Under the pieces are notes generated by a model. The model saw only the letters and a list, made by a program, of their open reading frames with translations, did not search any database and was not told where the DNA came from. From positions 34,336,388 to 34,400,387 of the forward strand of contig NC_092670.1 in the NCBI RefSeq assembly GCF_964355755.1: a stretch of 64,000 nt of DNA, read 5' to 3'. Positions 1 through 12,800 of the stretch are shown here, piece by piece. Each line of letters opens with the position of its first letter. Within the stretch, counting starts at the first letter, position 1. This DNA is from Antedon mediterranea (Eukaryota > Animalia > Echinodermata). Made by a program: the position numbers and the translations under genes.

Positions 1-3000
1 GACATAGATCTTGATCAACCAATCAGATATGACGGATTTGGCGGACAAATTGGCACTGGGGATCCTCTCTTAGGTGAGAAACTTTCTATTGATTTGTTAT
101 ATAAAGGTAAGATATTTCAACATGAGTGTTTTTTTATGTATTTATTTTTTTCTTTGTTTCCTTTAGCCAATACATAAGTATTAATTGTTCCATTTAATTT
201 ATTTCATTATTTGTTTTAAATCAATAGCGTTAATGAAATGATCATTGATTGCTATCTTTCATAAACCTAATACAAGCTTTCCTAATAATAAATTCATTCC
301 ATTGGAATTTTCCTAAACAATATCGTTATATAACAAGAGCAATCCGAGAGTTGTAACCTCCACCATAAGTTAAAGATCTGTCCTGTAGTTTTTATGTATG
401 GCCTAAAATTACTATAATGAAAGTTGTCCAGAATTGAGATCGTTGTTCGGATTGTCTCCAATGGTCCTCCTGGTCGAAATTAAATTGAGAACCCACACCA
501 ATTTTGCATAATATTGAAAAGAATATTTATGTGGTTTTTCCTTTTTAAATTCACAGGAGATGGGTTCATGACAGGAGCCAGTGACCTTTTTGATGAGCAG
601 CCTGAAATTCCTGCTCAAGAAATTTCACTTCGACCTGACGATGCGATGTCGACAACAAGCTCTGTTGGAAAAAGAGATGATGAACAAAAAGACAGAGAAG
701 CAACCATTGCAGAAAGTATGTATCTTTCTATAATATCTATTTGTGATGATACTGTTCATAGGCTTTCACTCAATGCCAGACTTTCTGAAAACCATTTCCA
801 AAAGGTCCCAAATTCTTTTTTACAATTAAAAACACTTACCAAATACCAGACATATTTGGCTAGCCCAAAGCTGTTTGGTATTGTAAGAGTTTTGTATTAT
901 ATATGTTTTTATAAATCAATTTAATTTAATTTTTTAATTTTATTCAACGATTAAGTTGATGGAATATTGTGAAATATAAATCATCTACAATGATCTTGCA
1001 CTAATAATAATATTTCTTTAGACTTCAAATTCTTTGCTGCTATTTTAAAATAAATATTGAAAATATTTTTGGACCAGTTAAAGGAACTGAGAGATTTTTC
1101 CTGTATATATTTTTGCTTTCTACTAATTATGATGAGGTATTTTTTACTTTAATAGTTGATAGTCAGGAGTCATCTGCAAACAAAGCTACTAGTGAAGAAA
1201 CGGCTGAACAACATCAGCCAAATGCACCTGTAGATCAGACCACACTTGTTGCCAATGAGGAAGAAGCATTTGCGCTGGAACCTCTTGATGTTACAGGTAT
1301 GTATAGTTAAATACATTGTTCAGCATTCTTCCTAAACATGTTAAAGAAATGCCATAGGGTTTGGCAACATCGCCACTCTTGATGTAATTTGTTAACCTGC
1401 CCTGTCAATGATAATAATGCGACATTTATATAGCGATATTTCGTAAAGATCAGAGCGGTTTCAATTAGGGATTATATTAAAATACGGATTAAGCTTAACT
1501 TTTTTTTCCAAGGATTCATCCTTTAGAGTAGGGTTCCCAATAGGATGCAAAGCAAAGACATAAGAGTGATGTAAGTTGACCAATAAAGATTTGACATATT
1601 ATCCAAACTATTGCTTGTGATTGGTCAACTCATTTGCATTGTCTACATTATTGTGCCCAAGTGGAAACGAATGAATTGAGGCTGGATAATGTGTTCATAG
1701 ACATTCTGTCCTCCAAATGTTTCCATTTTGAGGAAGGTTTAAAGTCAAAATTGTTATGTGAATTTTGATTTTTGATTTTTATAGGTGTTAAGGAAACAAG
1801 GCATAGAAGAAAACGAAAGTTAATTGTTGACGAAGTAAAAGAATTAGCTGGTGACATCATCAAAGCACAACTCAAGGACACGTCGGACATTGTCACCACT
1901 TTAGATTTAGCCCCACCCACCAAGAAGCTTATGTTATGGAAAGAGACAGGCGGAGCAGAGAAACTCTTTGTTCTACCTGGTAGATTACACGCTGTAGAAA
2001 CTATATTGAGGGTAAGGCAACCATACAAAAGGGTCTTTCGCACTTGTTTCGGTCCGGCAAATCAACTCGAACCTCAAACCAGCTATGGGCATATAGATAG
2101 TGTGCATAGCCGTGTGGAGCGTTGTGAAAACGAAACATCAGCATTTGATTTGCCAGTGCCGGAACGAGTGTGAAAAAACCCTTAATACAGTCAACTCTCT
2201 TAATACGGGACACCTGTTGCTGGCATACTATGTCTGGTTTTGCTGGAAAGTCTGGTATTCGCAATGTTTTTAATGGTAGAAATGAAATTGGGACCTTTTG
2301 AGCCTCAAGTTTTCAGAGAGTTCGGTAATGGGAGAGTTGACTGTAACATATTTACCATGTGAATATGGTGTATAATTTCTTACATTTATAGTACAATCAA
2401 ATATTTTGAATTACAATCTATGAAAGGCCTGTGCCACTGTAATTTTTTTATCCACATTGACACTAATGTGAGATCAAGTATTCTATAGTAAATAGAAAAT
2501 ATTTGTGTTTAAAAAAAAAAAAATTGATTATTATAAAATAACATAATATCAATAACAAATTCCAATTTGTTGCTAATGTTTTATGTTTTTCAATCGACTT
2601 TAGTGCTATACAAAAAATTTAACTGCTGAGATCCCGAAAGACTTGCCAAAGAGTGTAACTGATCAACACCATATGGACCTTGAAGAACCGCACATTCCTC
2701 GACAAAAGAGGAAACACAGTGAAATAGGTGAGTATATTATGCATTGATTTAAAGCCAATGACACGCGAGACCTCCATTTAAGATTTTTAAACTTGAACAT
2801 TCTCTCAAATAGTGTCTCTCAAGCCTTATTTAGATTTGTTTTTTAAATTTAATTTAGGTATTATTGTAAATTAGTCATTTATTTTATTTTTTTTTATATA
2901 TTTTATTATATTATATTTTTTTTGGCTATGATATAATCGGTATCCATTAAAATAAATCAGAATAACAATAATCTATGCTGTAAAGTAGACGGTCTCCAAA

Positions 3001-4359
3001 TGTTTTCCCAAATGAGCGTAAAAACAGTACTAGATATGTCCAACTAGCGTTCATTTTACCAGCTGATCATGAAGAGGTTAATCTGTGGCTGCTAGAATTG
3101 ACCCTACATCCTTCTAATATGAAAATAATGTTTAAAATGCTTCCCATTTTGTTTGTCCTCACCAGACATTGCACCCAGAGAATCCCTGCCACCTGCAGTA
3201 GAAATCATCGAACCACCACAGCCAGTACCAGAGCCTGAACTACCAAGCACATCGAACATGGGTGATCTGTCGTTTGCACATGGTAGGAGGCCGTCGTCTG
3301 ACGATGACGATGGTGGATTCGGTTTTGGCGGTTACGAGGATGACGACGACGATGATGATGTGCCAGCGTTTGCGCCTTCGGTCCTACCACCAGTTACTCT
3401 TGTGGATGAAGCAGAATTACTAGAAGAGAAAGAAGAATCTTCATCAGACGAAGAGGTTAGTTTGACCTTCTGCTTTTGTTTATTAGCAACATTTATAATT
3501 TGGAGTATAAATCTGGCTGACTGGCTACTTTTCTTGAGTTGATACAAGTATATAGCAAAGTAAACAGAATGCTTACAATTATTCTAAAGCTTTGTCTACA
3601 CTATCAAATGTGATCACTGCACCATGTTTGGGCATATATCGCCACCATATTTGGGAACATCAACATTTTTTTGTCAAACTAGTTTAATAGTGTAGACAAA
3701 GCAAACGATCACTCTATATTTAAACATATTTATCTATCTATATCAATTTAAATTGTTTATAATAATTATGTTAATGGTATATTATGGTATTTTAACTTGT
3801 TTCTCATAATGGTTTTTCTCATCTATGTATTGCTTGGATATATGGCGCATTATAAATGCATTTGTTATTATTATATACATCTAAACATTCTCATTGTCTC
3901 AACTAACAGTACTAGTAATTTTATCGTCACACCTGGTATTTACGCAAATTACTATGGACCATACCATTAAGCAGGATTACATAATCTGTGCCGTTGTACA
4001 GGGGATTAGAAAGATACACAGCAATTGTTCAACCCATTTTGGCATAAATTACTATCCAATCAAATTTAATAAAAAATAACCTACATTTTTAGGACGACGA
4101 AGAAACAACTGAAGAAAGGACGGAACGAAAATTAAACAAACGAGCAACACAGATGCTGAACACAATCAAGAAACAGCTTGAGAAAGAGGAATATTCATAC
4201 TTTGGAGATCTTGTACGAAACAATAACAAAAAGCAAGTGGCTGCCAAGTTTTACTCATTACTAGTGTTAAAGAAACAACAAGATATTAGTGTTGAACAGA
4301 TTGAACCTTTTGCAGATATCAGGATATCAAGAGGACCTGGATCACAACTAGTATTTTAA
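1..4359 (+). CDS. RAD21: Cohesin kleisin subunit RAD21/SCC1, 3' portion (5' exons lie outside the window)
   Basis: Phase-consistent GT-AG exons: <1-73 (or 106), 557-715, 1156-1296, 1785-2011, 2604-2727, 3166-3455, 4093-4359 (TAA). Hallmark motifs are DQTTLVANEEEAFALEPLD, RRKRKLIVD...DLAPPTKKLMLWKETGGAEKLF and the C-terminal winged helix NNKKQVAAKFYSLLVLKKQQ...PFADIRISRGP. Confidence 0.95.
2030..2182. mobile_element. MITE (PIF/Harbinger-like) in RAD21 intron
   Basis: Imperfect TIR GGGTCTTTCGCACTTGTTTCGG...GCAAATCAA versus TTGATTTGCC...CCGGAACGAGTGTGAAAAAACCC, followed by TTA. Confidence 0.55.
2188..2343. mobile_element. Tc1/mariner-pogo-type MITE
   Basis: TA|CAGTCAACTCTC...GAGAGTTGACTG|TA: 12-bp perfect TIR with TA duplication. 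Confidence 0.7.
3587..3702. mobile_element. ~130-bp MITE family A (TIR AGCTCTGTCTACACTATCAAAC), degenerate copy
   Basis: TIR TGTCTACACTAT...ATAGTGTAGACA and internal CACCATATTTGGG. Other copies lie at ~11150, 11505, 36892, 39500-39757, 41046-41300, 41520, 41740 and 53200. Confidence 0.65.
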
Positions 4360-7300
4360 GAAAATGTTTTTATATATTATATAAAAGGTAAATTACTTGC
4401 AGCTGTTCCTGTAGCCCTCCGTGCATGAGTGGTCACGTGAACTTTGACACAATGGGAGAGTAATTGTCATGGGGTAGGCTTATAACCAAGTCAGTATGGT
4501 AAAGGCTTAACAACATCTATTTTTGTACATACTGTTGTGGTTTATACCTTGTTTGTACAATCTGGTCTATGATCCATGATGCCGATTCACACTGAATTCA
4601 AATTTAAACCAATTGGTGTTATGTTAAATTTTAATTTAGCACTGGTGTGAACCCAAACTTAGCCCTTACAGTTTGTTCACTAGCTTGATATTTGCACTGT
4701 TGCCTTATTTAACATTAACTCTATATTGGTTTTTTATAGACTTAAAATAACATTACAAAAATCAAATTGTATACAATGTTAAGATGTATTATAGTGGTGA
4801 ACAATGAATGATTCGTACCACTAAATAGGCATAGTCTATTTCTTCCAGTATAGATTTTATATGTTTACATCATTAACAAAAATGTTATATAAAAAGCTGA
4901 TGCTGATTCAAAAATTGCCAAAATTTGTCAGTTTCATAGCATTTTATTGTTAAAATGGAAAATACAGTATTTGTAAGTGTATTTGCAATGTTCATTATCT
5001 CATACCAGGTGCCCTGATAACTTAAAATTCTCTTCAAACAAAAAGATCCCAAATTACTGCTATTTAAATTTGACTCTGAAGAGTTCACTAAAAAGGTCTT
5101 CATGACATTTAAAATGAAATTAGAAGGATGTTTTTTTTATTCAGTAAAGTTAGGCCTACTGATAAGAAGTTGTGAGTGCCTTTTGATGGTACAGTATAAG
5201 GAACAGCTATTTGAGTGGATTGTAAAAAAGTATAAATTATTTAACAAGGTTTGTTATCCAAAGTAGTTGGTTTCTCTGTATTTCTGTAATGTAGATGTTT
5301 TATATTTTCCTTTTTGTTGTCTTGTTCCATGTTTAGGCTGGCCCAACTCAAGATATATGTTTTCTCGAGTATTACGCCCTTTTCCTTCTGAAGTTTACTT
5401 ACAGTATAGTTCATTTTTTAATGCCATTTATTTCTCAGCAGAAAGGAAGTACGTAACATAAACGTTGATTGATTTGATAGTATATTTGTTATTGCATCGA
5501 TAGTATTATAGTACTAAGTGTATAGCTTATCACGTTCCAAATGTACGGTGTAGATTTATCAATTTCTCTTTAGTTGGAGGTTACTCCAATTTGTGTGTGA
5601 GTGTACACTGTTAATGACTAAATACTCAAACAAGATATCCGTTTTTTTTTTCAAACCAGATATGTCTATTATTAAAGTATTAAGTGAGGGCTTAGTATAG
5701 TAATTGATATATTCAGGACGTCAAACTTGTACAGGTTAAAGAAACAATTTATTATGTTTTTAACATTAAAATGTTATTAAAAATTCCAGAAATGAAAGTT
5801 TCTTTACTTGTGCCATTAACCAAAGCCTGTTTATTACTTGCACCATTAAATTTCATTGGATTCTATCACTGTACATCCTCCAACAGAATTCTTATTATTG
5901 AACTAAAACTGTAAATGTGAACTCATAGAAGATAATTAATATTTGTACAAAATATATGTTAAAAATCGTAGAAATATATGCGAATTGATATAGCATTATC
6001 GTTAGGTATGTAACACATTTTCTGAAGTAAATACAACAATGCTGTTTTTGCTGCATTCATATCATTTATCTCAAAATTATTGCTTTTTAAAATTAATTAT
6101 ATATCACTATTTACAAACCACCTGATTATTTGAACTGTATCTCCACATGACATAATTTTGTCCAGTATTATAGGAAAAGTTTTTTTTTTATGCAGTGTTA
6201 CATATCACAAGTGGTGCCTGTACTGTATTAAGGTTAGGCTTATTACCTAGGATACAGGCATATGTTGCACTGTATTTCAGAATTAGCCTAGGATACTGGG
6301 AAAATTATACATACATACAGTACAGAGAATCTGCTAAACAAACTAACCCAAATTATTTTAAACTGATTGATAAACTTTTTTTTCCAATGTGAACAAACTT
6401 TTTTGAAAAAAGTAATATACAAGTGCAATGTTTTTTATATAAATACAATTTTAAAACTACCATGCACTTTTATAATGGGTTATTTGTAAAAGAAATTATT
6501 TGTAGTTTACACTAGTTAATCATTTTAATATTTTGATCTAGTTATAATAATAAAACGGTTTGTGTTTTCTTCCTATGATTTAATACCTGGTCATTTAAAA
6601 ATCTCAATTATTATTATAAATCAATTAAATGATAATTAAACTTTTAATCTCACAGTAGAACCTCTTAGGAACCCAATAAACTGTGCTCCTATTACTAATA
6701 GGGATTTAGCTTGAATAGGGGATGGTGGTAGTGTTACAACATAGTTCCCTTGTCAGGAGTGTCCCCTTAATAGAAGTATCCACTCACTAGAGGTTGACCA
6801 TAGTGACATAGTTCCCCTTGTGTGTGTTTCACAGGAAAATGTCCCCTTAATAGGAGTATCTACTCAATAGGGTTGGTTATAATGTTAAATTTCCCTATGT
6901 TTATTTATGTTCCGGTAATAGTTTTACTGCCATTGTAAAATTCTATGACTTGATCTGTTAATTATCGACTTGATAATCCTGTATTAAACATGTATGTTTG
7001 CTTAGGGACCAAAAAAAATTATTAATATAGAAAATAAATGAACTAAAATATGTACAAAATTACATAAAATTTAAAAACTTTGTTGCACCCAAATGTTTAA
7101 GTTAGATTTTACTGTGCCTATGTGGAGGTTAAAGTTATAAATAAAAATGTACATAAAATTCCATTTATACTTTGCCAAGCCTGAACTATTTCAATGTACA
7201 CACTGTTATCAATGTATACTTTTCATGCTCTAAATTTGAATTCTTCAAAATTCCATCAAACCTTAGCCAGTTATATTAATGTGCACATATTTTGTAGCCA

Positions 7301-7760
7301 AGGTTAATCATTTTTTTCTTTATTGAGATGTGTAAATAAAAGTCAGAAAATATTTACCACTCAGTATATGAGTGTGGATATTACCTAGAATTGATTGTCT
7401 TAATAAAATGTTTTATGGAAAATATTCTTTGTTAGTTGATTTTTTTGCAGTCTGTTTGTTAATACCAAAACATGACACAAAGAGCAAAATCAGTAAACAA
7501 AAATAGAAAAAAAATTGATTTTATTTTAAGATGTTATTATTCTTTTTAAATAATTAAACATAATATTTACTGGACACATAATTTTCAATAGTAAGTTGAC
7601 CATGTACAAATTCAAGGCTCACAATTGTGTTTAAAAAAAAGTTTACTGTATAGAGAATAAGATCAAATACATTTCACAAACATCTGAAAAAGAAAACACA
7701 CAATTTATACCAAATATATATCAAAGCTAAGCCTCTTTGCTTGGTCTAACAACCTTATTA

Positions 7761-8241
7761 ACGATGTATTGTCCCTTGAAACACAAAAAATGAAGGTCAA
7801 AATATTCTAAATTTAAATTGGCCATATCAAAGAGCTAAATTAATTTGATTACATTTCGTCTGGATAATCGTCCCGAGCGAAAGTAAACAAAGATTTCAAA
7901 CCATGAGTATACATTATGCATGATGCTAATTAGGATTGTTTACAACTCGTCACGGATGAGAAGGTGTTTTCACACAGATCGCGAGGAAGTTTTATGATTA
8001 TGCATACAGAGTAGCCAAATAAGCGTGTTGCATTACGAGATATGTTTTGATAGAAAACTTTGACTGAAAGTCAAGTTATTTTTTGAACCAAAAAACGTCT
8101 GTATTTCATTGAAATCATTTTCGACTCATTTTTGGTGAAAATCAATTACTACAGGTATTATAATACTTCAAAATGACCCACTTTTTTCGAAATCTTTTTT
8201 TTTTTTTTTTTGGAATTTGACAAAGGGACAATACATCTTTA
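7761..8241. mobile_element. Non-autonomous DNA transposon, TTAA-associated (Kolobok-like)
   Basis: Termini GATGTATTGTCCCTT ... AAGGGACAATACATC(TTTAA). The same TIR recurs at ~10001 and ~10795. Confidence 0.6.
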
Positions 8242-8641
8242 AGGCCCATTCACACTAGGACGATAACGATCGACGATAAATATATAAGCATGACTTTTTT
8301 TAACATAAAACAAAAGAAATTAGAAAGGGTTTCGTTCTAGGACTATAGGATAATCATTTATGCTGTCTTTGATAAAAATAATATTTTTTAAATTCCAATC
8401 AAATGACGTCATGATACATAAAAACAATAAAATCGTTGTATTGTCACGATATTATTGCTCTTACTAATCATGACGTCATTTGATTGGACGTGTGAAAATA
8501 TAATTTTCATCAAAGGAAGCATAGATGGTTATTCTATAGTTCTAGAGTGAAAAGGTTTTATATTTCTTTTATTTTATGTATGAAAAATGCAAATTATTGT
8601 CTATTATCGTCGATCGTTATCGTCCTAGTGTGAATGGGCCT
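8242..8641. mobile_element. ~400-bp palindromic MITE (PIF/Harbinger-like, TTA TSD)
   Basis: TTA|AGGCCCATTCACACTAGGACGATAACGATCGACGATAA ... TTATCGTCGATCGTTATCGTCCTAGTGTGAATGGGCCT|TTA. Inverted similarity continues to the centre (CCAATCAAATGACGTCATGAT / ATCATGACGTCATTTGATTGG). Confidence 0.85.
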
Positions 8642-9269
8642 TTAAGCTTTGTACATTAATGGGTTACAACTACAAATTATTTCATCTGTAACTTTTGTAG
8701 TTATTCACAAAACATGTACAGTATTCCTACTGAATACACTGTACTGTGTTGTGTGAGATTATACTATAGTAGTACTGTACAATTTATATTCATGCTACCA
8801 AAACAAAAACACAGTTTATGTCCACTGCTGCTTTGACGAATTTCTATTTTAGACAATGTACAGTAGAAACTGTCCCGTAGAACCACCTTTACTTTCCTGT
8901 GAAACGAAACGAAGGGCAACCCCTATTCAGTGGAAAACGCTATTACTGTATTTTAAAATTAAATGTATATTTATTTTAATATATACATGCCCCACTGACA
9001 TTACCAGAGCATCTTAATCTCAATTTAATTTATATATTGGCTCAATTTTGTCAAGGTATCTAAACAGGAATGTAAATATACTGTAATGAAAATATATTTC
9101 TTAATTATTTGCCATACTTTACTAAATATGGGTAGGCTTCTAAATTACAGTAAAAAATTATACACACAATTAAATCTTCTAAATAAAAATATGTATTCGT
9201 TTATAGAATCCACTATATTACAACAAATATTGTGAAACAAGGTATAAAATGGTTATTTAAAATGGGTTT

Positions 9270-9598
9270 AAATTCGTTAACAGTTAAACGCATAGAGCGT
9301 AATTACATAGCCATAACATTGGCAACGGTTCAATGCTCACTCGCTTCATGGTTCTGGTAGTAGAACAAATCTTCTCGGATAAGGACTATAAACCGTAGGT
9401 CCAGTGTACACATCTAGCTCAGGTGCACTTTAAAAAACCTAGTACATCCTTCGAGACGAGAGGGTTACCCTGGTGTAAGCTAGTACACTCACAGGCAATG
9501 TCACTCACACAGCTACTGATCATAACTGGCCCTCTGGAAGACCAGTCTTTGGCTGAAGAGGTCACCCAGTATAAATAAATAATAAAATAAATACACAA
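9270..9598 (+). mobile_element. SINE with Deu/Nin-like central domain, decayed tRNA-like head and A-rich tail
   Basis: CTTCTCGGATAAGGACTATAAACCGTAGGTCC...GCACTTTAAAAAACC...GGGTTACCCTGGTGT resembles the conserved Deu/Nin SINE core. A B-box-like GGTTCAATGC lies upstream and the tail is (AAATA)n. Confidence 0.65.
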
Positions 9599-9888
9599 CA
9601 AGAGGTATTACTCCACAATTACAGCTCAAAAACTGGACAGGGACCACCTCAATCTGTCAATCAGATATATATGCCAGTTTGATGATACGCCTACTTCTCA
9701 GTCACGCATCACTACATCTGCGTTTCTGCATGTTGAGCACATCAACACAAGCATATTTTTATCAGTGACCCAATGTATTGGACAATGTACAACTACTACA
9801 AAGTCATTGATTTCATTGCCATAATAACAAACTAGTTTCGATGTGGTTTTATTCTATCAAATCGACCACACCCACTCTTTGACGTTTA

Positions 9889-12800
9889 TCACCTCTCATC
9901 GTCAGACGATTCTAGGTAAACCGTTGTCCATGCTTGAGTTGGGAATAGATTTTTAGCTGTGGAATTAATATCACTAACAGGTTAAAATCATATATAACAT
10001 TAAAGATGTATTGTCCCCCTGAAAAAATAATTCTTAAAAAATCTTTTGTTGAATATGCCATTTTAATGCCACCTTATAGTTATCCACTTTGACCAAAAAT
10101 TGGATCGAAGTTTTTTACGGAAGTGATTAACTTTATTAAAACTACAAAATAATATATTAAAAGTCTGATTTTATTAAAGGCCAGGTGTGGGCAAAAAATT
10201 TCTATTGATCATACATTCCAATAATTATCTATCTATAGTTTCCCCTATGTTTCATAATTTTTGGGATTTTATTTGTGTTACACAAGCTTGTTGAAAATAA
10301 GCACTTTCTTATCAGTGGTGGGATAGTTCAAATTACACAGTAAAATCTCTATTCTTTTGTACACAAATTTTGTAAATAGAGAGGCATTTTAAAAAGCTAT
10401 GAAAAATAAACAGTGTGGTAAAAAATGTTATCAGATGACTAAATATAGGTAATATAACTTGAATATTACATTTCTGATATTTTTATTCAACTTCAGCTTT
10501 TTATTTTCATGCTATAGCAAAAATTATCCACTGTATATCCACCATTTTTTTTCACTGTCTAGGGAGTCACCAGACATAATATTACATTAGGTTAACTACC
10601 TAACTACTGTACTGAAAAAAAGTCTTTCTGTTTTTTATGGAAGAATTTTGCAAAATTTTGTATTTGACCATATTAAGGGAAATTCATGTTTTTTCGTCTC
10701 GATTTCTGTTACAAATATTTGATTTATGTACAATTAACCAAATATTATATTTAAAATTCATGCCTGTACCTGAGCTTTAATCTTTATTTTTTTGGGGGAC
10801 AATATATCAAATAAACTCGCCCGGAGGAAGAGCTAGTGTTGCCCGAAAGCTCTGAAATTTATTTCTGGCTGTTTTATTTGACCATTTTGATTTAGCTTTT
10901 TGCTTATTTTATTTGTATCTTTATTGAGATCTAGCCACTGATACCCATAGCATTGTCATTTTTCAGTAATTTTCTTTTGGAATTAAATAAATGATACATA
11001 CACACTGAGTGAATACTAGAATGAATTAAACAAGGAACTATATTGTAGGCTGTAGCAGGCATAGTGGTGCTTTTCAACGTCTCAATCAGTGTCTCCACCA
11101 ACAAAATTATTTCTTTGTAAACTCTTTACATTTTGAGAGAATCTATGTAAAGCCTTGTCTACACTATCAAACTTTATGTGACAAAAAAGGTATATATATA
11201 TATATAAATGGACATGATGATGTCATATCACTACCATTTGGGCACATCACACTTTTTTTGACAAACAAGTTTGATACCGTAGACAGAGTTTTTACATACC
11301 TGGCGGGTGCCTTTCTGTTCGTGTGACTGCCGTTGATGAAGGGACTGGCTTAATGATAGGTGCTGGTCTGCCTACACTAGTACTTAGATCAGTGGACTGG
11401 TAAGGGTTGGCTTCTGAGCTTCTTGCCCAATCTGGACGGCCATCAACGTCACTAACGTTCTGAAATGTAATGCAATCAATCTTACTAAATGGTCTAGCAT
11501 ATAAACTTTCTGTGACAATAAAATGTGATGTGCCCATATATGAAAATGATGATGTGATATCACTACCATATTTGGGTGCATCATACTTTTTTTGACAAAC
11601 TAGTTTGATAGTGTAGACAGAGCTCTGGTGCAAGCCTTTTACAATCAATAACTCTACACTTACCGATGCTGATCTTGCTTTCTTTAATTTGTAGGACATG
11701 CTGGCAGACATTGGTCTAGCCTGCTGATGGTTAGCTGTTTGCTCCATGTCAGTAATTGACCCACTTTTCTTCAATCTTGTATTACCTCTCTTTTCCATCC
11801 TTTTCTGCCTATTAATACAATGATATCCTAGTTAATAATATTTAAACTCAGCACTCTTATATTTAACATTTTAAAAAGAAGTATATGTTATGAAAGTACG
11901 ACAACTGTAGTACGTCCATATTCATAAATAAACTTTGAAAATTACGCAGAATTCAACAAAATATAACAACACAAGAGGACACTTTCCTTTGCTTTTACGT
12001 GCATTTCTTGTCGTCTATCGGTAAAACACATGTTTTCTGTTACAATACTTTTACGTTTGTGCACAGATTTGTTTGTTGGTCTTGTTTGTACATATCTTGG
12101 TACAGTATTACATAGTAATTGCATACTACCATTAAGCTATAAGCTCCATTGCATACTATTATATTACATAACATTTACACTAATTACACAGAGCTTCACA
12201 GTCACAGTATATTATTTTAATTTTATTCAATCGAAACCAACAGCGATAATTACCGCCACTAACCGATAGTTTGATTCAAACAAAGCCAGGACCTTGATTG
12301 GTCCTAACATTGATCAAGGGCTTCTCTCGTCCAGTGCCCACCTTGACCAGAGGAAAGGCATAAGCCAATACGTCTGAGTCAGATACTAGATGCAGGAGCT
12401 GCCATAAGAGCCAGCAGTGCTGATTTCAAATGCCTAACGGGACCCCAGCTTCATATACAGCACCCGATATTCCCAGATGGTCTCCTATCCAATCTCTAAC
12501 CAGGCCCAACGTTGCTTAACTTCGGTGATCTGACGATAACCGGTGTTTCAACGTAGTAAAGCCGTATATACTGCATTAATTACCTTGCTTTTAGAATCTC
12601 ATCTTCATTATCTAAGTAATTGTTCCTCATTGTGTCGGTGGTCTTTGGATCTGACCCCCTCCAGGGTTTATGCTCCAGCGGTTTTGATGAGGTTGCTGAC
12701 CTAGGCCTTGGTGGCTTTCTGGCACTGGTTCCACTTTTAGCATGTTTTTGCTCACCGTTCACAGGGGAAGCAGAAGCAGTCTTTGGTGAAGGGGAATTCT

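Noticed and set aside
1648-2264. Antisense ORFs overlapping RAD21, Staufen and LINE coding regions (for example 1648-2043, 38513-38773, 48927-49337)
   Set aside because: These are shadow ORFs on the opposite strand of real coding sequence.
9825-9915. Penelope-type hammerhead ribozyme (minus strand CTGACGA...CATCGAAACTAGTT) overlapping the FBXO16 stop codon
   Set aside because: Core-like motifs are present, but I cannot form helix I and the helix II region is long and irregular. CTGACGA is explained by the codons for S-D-D. An RNAMotif or Infernal search would settle it.
12453-12569. Functional 5S rRNA gene
   Set aside because: It is a single intronic copy with several substitutions and no oligo-T terminator, and it runs into a SINE-like body and A-rich tail.
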